Source: the human T2T-CHM13v2.0 reference genome, Homo sapiens. From it: a DNA stretch of 64,000 nucleotides. The position numbers were made by a program, and so were the translations under genes. Of the stretch, positions 56,422-64,000 are shown piece by piece. The stretch is taken from NCBI RefSeq assembly GCF_009914755.1, contig NC_060930.1; one strand, given 5' to 3'. The notes beneath the pieces were generated by a model. That model ran no database searches. It had not been told where the DNA came from and saw nothing but the letters and a program-made list of their open reading frames with translations. The stretch's first letter is position 1. Each line of letters begins with the position of its first letter.

Positions 56422-58189
56422 GCTTGCTGAGTTTTATCTTCAAATTGCTGCATTATCATTTTTGTTCTTGCCTCAGAGTTTCTTTCCTAGTGAAACTGGG
56501 CAATGACAATTATGTTTGTCTTGTGTTTTGAGACAGGGAGTCCTATCTTATCATTTTATTATTTTTGTCTTCTTAAATAAAATTGCTATTTTTTAGGATT
56601 AAAAACATTAGGTTTTACAATGTCTAATAAAAGTGAGCTAAAATATTGGTATTAGCAATATGAACAAATAATTTGATAGGGCTTGGTAAAAGACGATTAA
56701 CTGTCTACTTTTATCTTGTAAAGGAGTTCAAGATGGCTCAAAGCAAAGGACTGCATCTATTTGTAATTACTCTTAGGAGAAAGGAAAAATACAACTTGCT
56801 TAACAAGGCTCCTGCTTTTTATTTTCCAAGAAACACAGAAAAAGGCTAACCTTCAGAGGTCAGTAGGATAGTTGTTGAGGCAAGGATAATGACTCAACAT
56901 AATGAACCCACCAAAGGCAGAAATAGAACATGTGATTCTTTTCTGTTGTTAGAAAAACATAGTTTAATTCATGTGAAAAGTATAACAAATTTGAATGATT
57001 AAGCTTTTACAAACTTGTTCTCAAAATATTTGTGGAAAAAATTAATGAAGATATAAGAAAAATGAACAAATTTATCATTATAGTCTGAAGTTTCAACGAC
57101 CCTCACAGTAACTAACAGCTGAAGCAAAATTAGTAATAGTAATGATAGTATATAAACAACATAAACAAATTATCATAAACAACGGGACATGTGGTTCTTA
57201 AGGGAAGTAAATATTTTTTATGGAAAAATTAGTAAGTCCAATTTACTGACTCTATGACAAGAGACTGGACTTACATAAACCTGCAGGAGTTTATTTGCTT
57301 ATTTATTGTTTATTTGTTTCTTCTGTTTGTTTCTGATTTATTTCAAGGGAAGGGAACATAATGGGATTTGCAACCCTCCTTTCTGACAACTTCACTTCTT
57401 GAAGAAGGCAGGAGATTCTTGAATATGGGCTTCATCCCAAACTGTCCACTCCCCCATCCCAACAGAGAGGACCTATAATAGAGCAGCGCAACAATGACCT
57501 TTTAAAATATTTCAAAAGTATGATTTAAAATGGGATCAATAAATATATCTTGAATATCAACTCTCTTGATAGTCACAAACTATAATGAATCTCAGAGAAG
57601 AGCAAGAGGCAAACTTTTTGGATTTTCAGGTCTACTTATCTAATAGGCAGCGACTCTGCTAAATGAGAAAGGTTTCATTTCCCTTCACCTTCTCCCCAGC
57701 ATGACTTGACTCCTGCTCAGCACTGCTTGTGACAGAATCAGTGACAACAGCTGCTACTGTGAGCAATTGGGATCCCCAGCAGCTAATCTGCATAGAAGAG
57801 AAAGTAATCAGTTGACACAGGATGCTGCAATCAACAAAATATTCTTTTCCAATCCTGTGTGGGCTGTTTAGCACTAAAGATGATCTCGTGGTTCCAGACT
57901 GATGAGGAGAACAACAGAGATATAAAAGAGGATAGTTAGCCTATGTTTTCACATAAAAACAGAATATGTTTCTAACCATCCTAAATAATAAATACTTGGT
58001 CTTCATCCTAATGCAGTATTTGATACTCCTTGCATTAAAACATTTTGCTTTGTCATCAGAGAGGTTGTCCTCTCCTACATGCTTCTTCTGTCTGCACTCA
58101 TTTCATTCAGCAAATGTGAGTTTTCTTTAGGACTCCAATCTTCATCTTGTTTAAATAACATCAATGAAGTGTCTGTGACACCTGTACTA

Positions 58190-58552
58190 TGTCTTAGTCC
58201 ATTCAGGCTACTATAAGAAAATACCTTACACTGGGTACTTTATGAATAATATAAATTTATGTCTCACAGTTCTGGAGGCTGGGGAGTCCAAAATAAAGGC
58301 AACAGCAGATTGGGGGTCTTATGAGAGCCTGTTTCTTTGTTCATAGATGGCACCTTCTTGTGTCCTCACATGGTAGCAGGAGTGAATGAGCTGCTTCAGG
58401 CCTTTGTTTGTAATGACACTAATTTTATTCATGACAAAGAAGCCCCTTTAACCTAATTACCTCCCAAAGGCCCTACCTCCTAATACTATCACCTTGGGGG
58501 TTAGAATTTCAACATATGAGGGGCAGGAGACGCAGTAAATATTCAGAGTAGA
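58190..58552 (-). mobile_element. MLT1A-type MaLR solo LTR
   Basis: TGTCTTAGTCCATTCAGGCTACTATAA...CTCACAGTTCTGGAGGCTGG...CACCTTGGGGGTTAGAATTTCAACATATGA. Confidence 0.85.
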
Positions 58553-58803
58553 CCCGATTATGTAGACCATAAATAAGGTCTTCCTTTCCATCCCTTGTCT
58601 TCAGGCTCTCCCCTCTCAGTCCTCAAAGGGCTTAATCACCACCAACTATTCAACTACCACCTCCTTGAGGAGCCTGCAAATGTTTCTTCGGTACCAAAAG
58701 CTCTATCAAGGTCCAGGCCCCTAAACGTCTTCTAGACACTTTCTCAAAAGCTTAAAAGTCATGTCAGTGTCAAATTCCACCAAACTGTAATATTTATCCC
58801 CAC

Positions 58804-59182
58804 TGAGGCAGTAAAATAGGGTCTGGAGGGAGGGAACTTAAGGCCAATTCACACCTCAGCTATGACAGGAAATATCCTCTCCATGGGGCATAGGCCAAGT
58901 AAATGACTTTGTAATTTTACTTCATCCTCTTCATTTACATAGGGCATATCCCAAATAAGCAATGGAATCCTCTAGAGAATATTAAATACCTCTAGAGGGT
59001 ATTTAAACTCCCCAAAATTCTGTAACATGGCCTTTGATCCCCTATGCTCAGGCCCACTCCCACACTGTAGAGTGTGTTTTCATTTTCAATAAATCCCTTC
59101 ATTTCTTCCTTGCTTTGTTTGTGTGTTGTGTCCAATTCTTTGTTCATGACACCAAGAACCTGGACACCCTCCACTGGTGACA
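58804..59182 (+). mobile_element. MER61 solo LTR
   Basis: TGAGGCAGTAAAATAGGGTCTGGAGGG...CAGCTATGACAGGAAATATCCTCTCC...ACCCTCCACTGGTGACA; perfect TSD CCCAC (58799-58803, 59183-59187). Confidence 0.88.
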
Positions 59183-60294
59183 CCCACTCCCTTCAGAACT
59201 TTCCCTCTTCTGTTCTCCCTATAGCTATAGAAAGGGTCATGATTTTGTTGCCACTAAAGCACTGAAGCACTGAAGATTAATCCCTTTTTATGTTCTCTTC
59301 TTTCTTCTTCTTTCCTTTTTTTTTTTTTTTTTCCACTAATACTAATCTACTTCTTTGGTGAGCAATTTCTCACCAGGACAATTTCTCCCAACACTTACCC
59401 AGCTTTCTGTCTTCCTCAAATCCAAGGTATCCATCCCCATTGACCAGAATTGCATTTTTATAATTCTTTTCACATCATCCCATGCTCAGAAGTCATCTGT
59501 AGGTTTTAATTGCCAGCCACACCGGATCTCTACTTACTATGTTTGATACATCTGTGTCACAGCACCATTGTTGATGTAATTTATTCTTTCTAAAAATACC
59601 ATTTTTCTAACTTAATGAAATCTTGTGTCACCCTTGAAGCCCTAATTCAAATTTCTTCTTTTCATTGAAACTTTCCAAAACTTGTTGGCTTGGCCATAGT
59701 TCACAACTTCTTTCTCTGTATTTCTGTGGCGATTCATTAAACTTTCTGTTGATTTGAAGACATTTATACAATTAATGCATTTCAGTTTTCTTCTTCAAGT
59801 TCATCAACTTATTATGATTACAACCCTTACTGTACTATTAATATCTCATTGGCCTATGACCAGTCTCCTTTCCTATGTTAGCTCCTTGAGAGAAAAGGCA
59901 AGATCCTTGATGCATTCTTTTGCTCAGCGTCTGCATCTGACACCAGTACTTTGGTTACAGGGAGTCCTGGTAACACAGTTTCTCAGTAAGCTTTATTACA
60001 CAGTGAGCATCTCACTTACTTTTTGGTAATTCCTCTTGATTGCCTGATTGTGTATTTCTTATTACTCACACTTGGAATATGCAGACACCATTCTTTCTAG
60101 CCCACATGAGAAGCAATTGAACTTTATGTATATTGAGGAAGAATATCAATTTAATTGATCATAATCCGTTGTCTCTTAATTGGAAGATGGGCTAAAAATA
60201 CTTTCCTGTGCTGATTTCCTGTTGTATTTTTTTAATTTGATAGACTAGAGCAAAAAACTGACAGTTAAAATATTACCTATTTATTTCCTTACCT

Positions 60295-60545
60295 AATTTT
60301 ATTAAATATTTTCAATATTCCATATACTTATTGTTGTGAGAGTTGAAGCATTCAAAGACAAATAAGTCATTGCCCCTATTCCCAAGAGTACAGGCTAGTA
60401 CAGAGCCCAATATATAAACAACTAAAATTCAAAGCCAAATGAATCAAGTCATAAAGGTACAAGCAGTGCTATGAAAGGTCAAAACTGAAGAATTAGTTCA
60501 TCCTAAGAGACTAGAACATACTTCATGAAGAAGCTGGCCATTTAC
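60295..60545 (-). mobile_element. L2 3' fragment
   Basis: AAATATTTTC...AAGACAAATAAGTCATTGCCC...AGTGCTATG...CTTCATGAAGAAG. Confidence 0.45.
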
Positions 60546-62289
60546 CTAACCAAGCCCTGCCTCTTGGTCCATTTATAGCAGTGATTGGTTCACTTTGAAT
60601 TATTTCATTGAAGTTGGTTCTGTTTCTTGTTGTTGTTGTTGTTTTCCTCAAACAACTTACTTATTTCTCTTTCACCCATTCTGCCATCTCATAAGATGGT
60701 AGATACTTGCACATCATTTTTAGCTGTTAATTGTTGTTTAGCTATTATTGAATACAGTTATTTGAGGAGTTAGGCACTATTAAGCAGCACTTAGCAGGAT
60801 ATATAGAGCTTTCATCAAGTTAATTCCCCACAGCAATGCTGTTAACCCAGCATTTCTCAAATCAGGGTCATTTGCAACAGCTGCCTGGAAATAGTTCCAC
60901 AGAAACACTGCACATTTCATTGATCATGTTTCATGAACAAATGTCAATTTTCCTCATGAATTCTTAGATGTTATTAAATTTTTAACGTTGTTTTGAAGTG
61001 GTTCAATCCACCTCAGTAAATATATGATACCAATCTGGAAGTAAAAATTAGGTATATATAAACAGATATTTATTGATTGATTATAATTGGAATGTTAATG
61101 AACTCACCTCTTTGTAAACTACCTAAAACTGCTATCCAAAAGAAAAAGAGAAAAAAATACAAAACAGATTTCTCTAATGCTGATTTTAAAAGCAATTAAA
61201 GTATTTAATAGTGAAAATATTTTGTATTTTATGCTATTAATATAAGTATATACTAATGTTTTAGAATGTTTTAAAATATCTCAAAATACTTACAAATTCT
61301 TCCCTACATCCCTGACAGTCTCCTAATTCCCGCAATATAATTTACAACATTTTTTCCTAAAATTAATGAACTTGGAGCATCTCATTATTAGAATAAATTT
61401 ATTCTTAGAATAAACTAAAATCTAGAAATGTATCAATGCTCATGTAATTACTACATTTGTAGAAGCAGCAGCCTGTTACAACCTTGAAAGAATAATCAGT
61501 GTAGTGGAGAATATGAAGAACAGGAAAATTATGCTGTGCCCTCCAAGTGTTCAATTATACATTTTAAGCCCCTGAAATATTAAAAACATTCTCTGTATCA
61601 TTAATGTTTTTAAGACAATGAAAGGTAAACACATAAACTTCCTAGACAACACCTCCTACCCACAAGCAATATAAAGCATATAAAATAAAACATTAACTTT
61701 TCAGTAGAGGCAGTGTTGATTAATAGAATTGTTGTTTGAGTCTCATTTAATAATTCTGTATGATTGGGCAAGATATATTACCTCTCTGCCTCAGTTTCCT
61801 TAAACATAAATAATACATACAATGTTTCCAAAAATCTTCCAAGAGTGTAGCACTTTGTATTGGTTTTCTAGGAATGAGTTGTGAGTGATACATTAAATTA
61901 GAGGTCATGCCATTTACAATAACATACTTTACATTTTTTTGTTTCCACATATTCTATGCATTTTGAATCCTCCTTATAAGCTTTGGAGAGCTTGGGGTAG
62001 AAAGGAAGGAAAGGTGCAACTTATGAATTATTTCCTGTACCTTACATCAGTCACTTGTGCTTTTTGTCACCTCATTTAGTTGGAGAAAACAGTAGAACAA
62101 GTAATATCCTATTTTCCTTCTTCACTTTTCACAGACCAACAAGAATCAAGAAACCTAGGGAGTATTATACTGCTTCCACAGAGAGAATGCAGAATCTGTG
62201 ATCTCACTGCTAATGAGAAAGCTTCTTGTTGGTTTCCACTGGCCCTGCTATCAACTCACTGCTATCAGTCTATCTGGCTCTAATGATGG

Positions 62290-62520
62290 CAGTCAACATT
62301 TATTGAATGTTAGCTTTGCACAGGCATTGTGCTATATACTCTTTTCTTCCCTTTGTAAGCTGCTCCCAAAGTAGACATCATTATTATTCCCATTTTAACC
62401 TCATTTTACAGATGAGAAAAATCACTTCAGGAGATGTCATTTACCTACGTAATGTCACAGATCAAGTAAGTTAATAGCATTGAGACTGTAGAGTCTAGGA
62501 GCTTCTATATCCAAGACGTT
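62290..62520 (-). mobile_element. MIR
   Basis: ACATTTATTGAATG...CAGGCATTGTGCT...CATTTTACAGATGAGAAAA...GTCACAG. Confidence 0.7.
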
Positions 62521-63474
62521 CTTACCTGCCAGAAGGTCCTGTCCATTGGCCCCATTAAACTGTTTCTATAACTTCACATCATATCTGGTTTCAATTCTCT
62601 AAAACTTGTTTAAAGGTGATATCAATGACAACGGTGGGGCAATTTTGTGAGCACTGTATCCATCAACCCTATGCTTTGTTCACTCCTAGCTTCCTGCTTC
62701 CTCCTTTTCAAATGGTACTTTACTAGCAGGCTCTTTCAGACTTTCACATACCTGGTGGAAGAGAAGGAAAGGCAAACAATCTCTATTTCCTTTACTGGAG
62801 CTCAGAAAAGAAAAGTAGAAAATCAGTAATAAAAGAAAAATGTAGTCAAGTTTGTATCCTGATATTCCCACTTTTCATGCTGTCTATTCTGAATTACATT
62901 TTCCTAGGATGGCAGCAATATTAATAACTTAAACAAAGTCACAGATAAGGTTACAGGGAAAGAGAGAGACAGGAATAGGATGCAGTAGGCCCAATCTTTC
63001 ATACTCTCAGCTGTAAGAACATTCCAGAAAAAGAAAAAAAGTCCATTATCTATAAACCATTATTCTTATTATAATCCATATTTATAAGGCTATAAGCTTC
63101 TGCAAATTATTTGAATTGGGGTCATTAGTTATCATTTTTAAAATTAAATTTGAATATAAATTGGGATATTCAAATTTCCTAGCTAACCTAAAGTTAAACA
63201 AAGGGAAATAAATTTTAGATGACTCAATTTTCTGTTTGATCCATTTGTCTTAATCCTGGAGAAGAACCATGACCTAGAAAACTAGAATCAACTTGTGACA
63301 TTAACTGAAAGGAGGGAGAATGAATACCTCCCTTAATTCAATAATTTTTCATATTCATTTTAAATTAGTATCTTGAGATGTTTCAGAATAGGAAGTATAA
63401 AATGCATAAAATTATTATCTGAATCTAATTATTCCCATACTGTGGATGAGAAGGCCTATTAGAAGGGCATATGA

Positions 63475-63863
<389 letters not shown>

Positions 63864-64000
63864 TGACGGCTAGAAAGAAGTGTCAATAGCTTTGAGTGGT
63901 ACCAACTGTCTACATAGCAGTGCAGTTTCTAATCCTGGACAAAGTTTATTCTTACCTAAACATGAACCTAACTTTTTCTTTAATATAATAATTTGTTCTC

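Noticed and set aside
58880-58960. p53 response element in MER61
   Set aside because: The candidate sites read GGGCATAGGC and GGGCATATCC and lack the CWWG core of RRRCWWGYYY.

Overview
Primate DNA, almost certainly human (it carries an AluYb8-type element with the diagnostic 7-bp duplication). The window is AT-rich, repeat-dense and non-coding (intergenic or deep intronic). I see no protein-coding exon, RNA gene, CpG island or prokaryote-type system; the ORFs I can recognise are decayed L1 ORF2, Alu or MaLR read-throughs, and the rest look like chance ORFs. Most of the window is a layered record of transposons: a full-length THE1A provirus with a perfect 5-bp target-site duplication (TSD), solo LTRs (MER4, LTR9-like, MER11, MER61, MER34-like, MLT1A), five old L1s that keep both ends but lack large internal blocks, two twin-primed (5'-inverted) L1PA insertions, about 12 Alus (J, S, Y, Yb8) and L2/MIR/L3/MER5 relics. 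The best leads are the young AluYb8, the cluster of 5'-intact but internally deleted L1s (possibly spliced-RNA insertions), a close inverted AluY pair, and a unique CpG-retaining segment at 55.75-56.1 kb with minus-strand splice-like signals. Subfamily names come from recalled consensus sequences, not a database search, and boundaries of old elements are approximate. I found no supportable new biological system.
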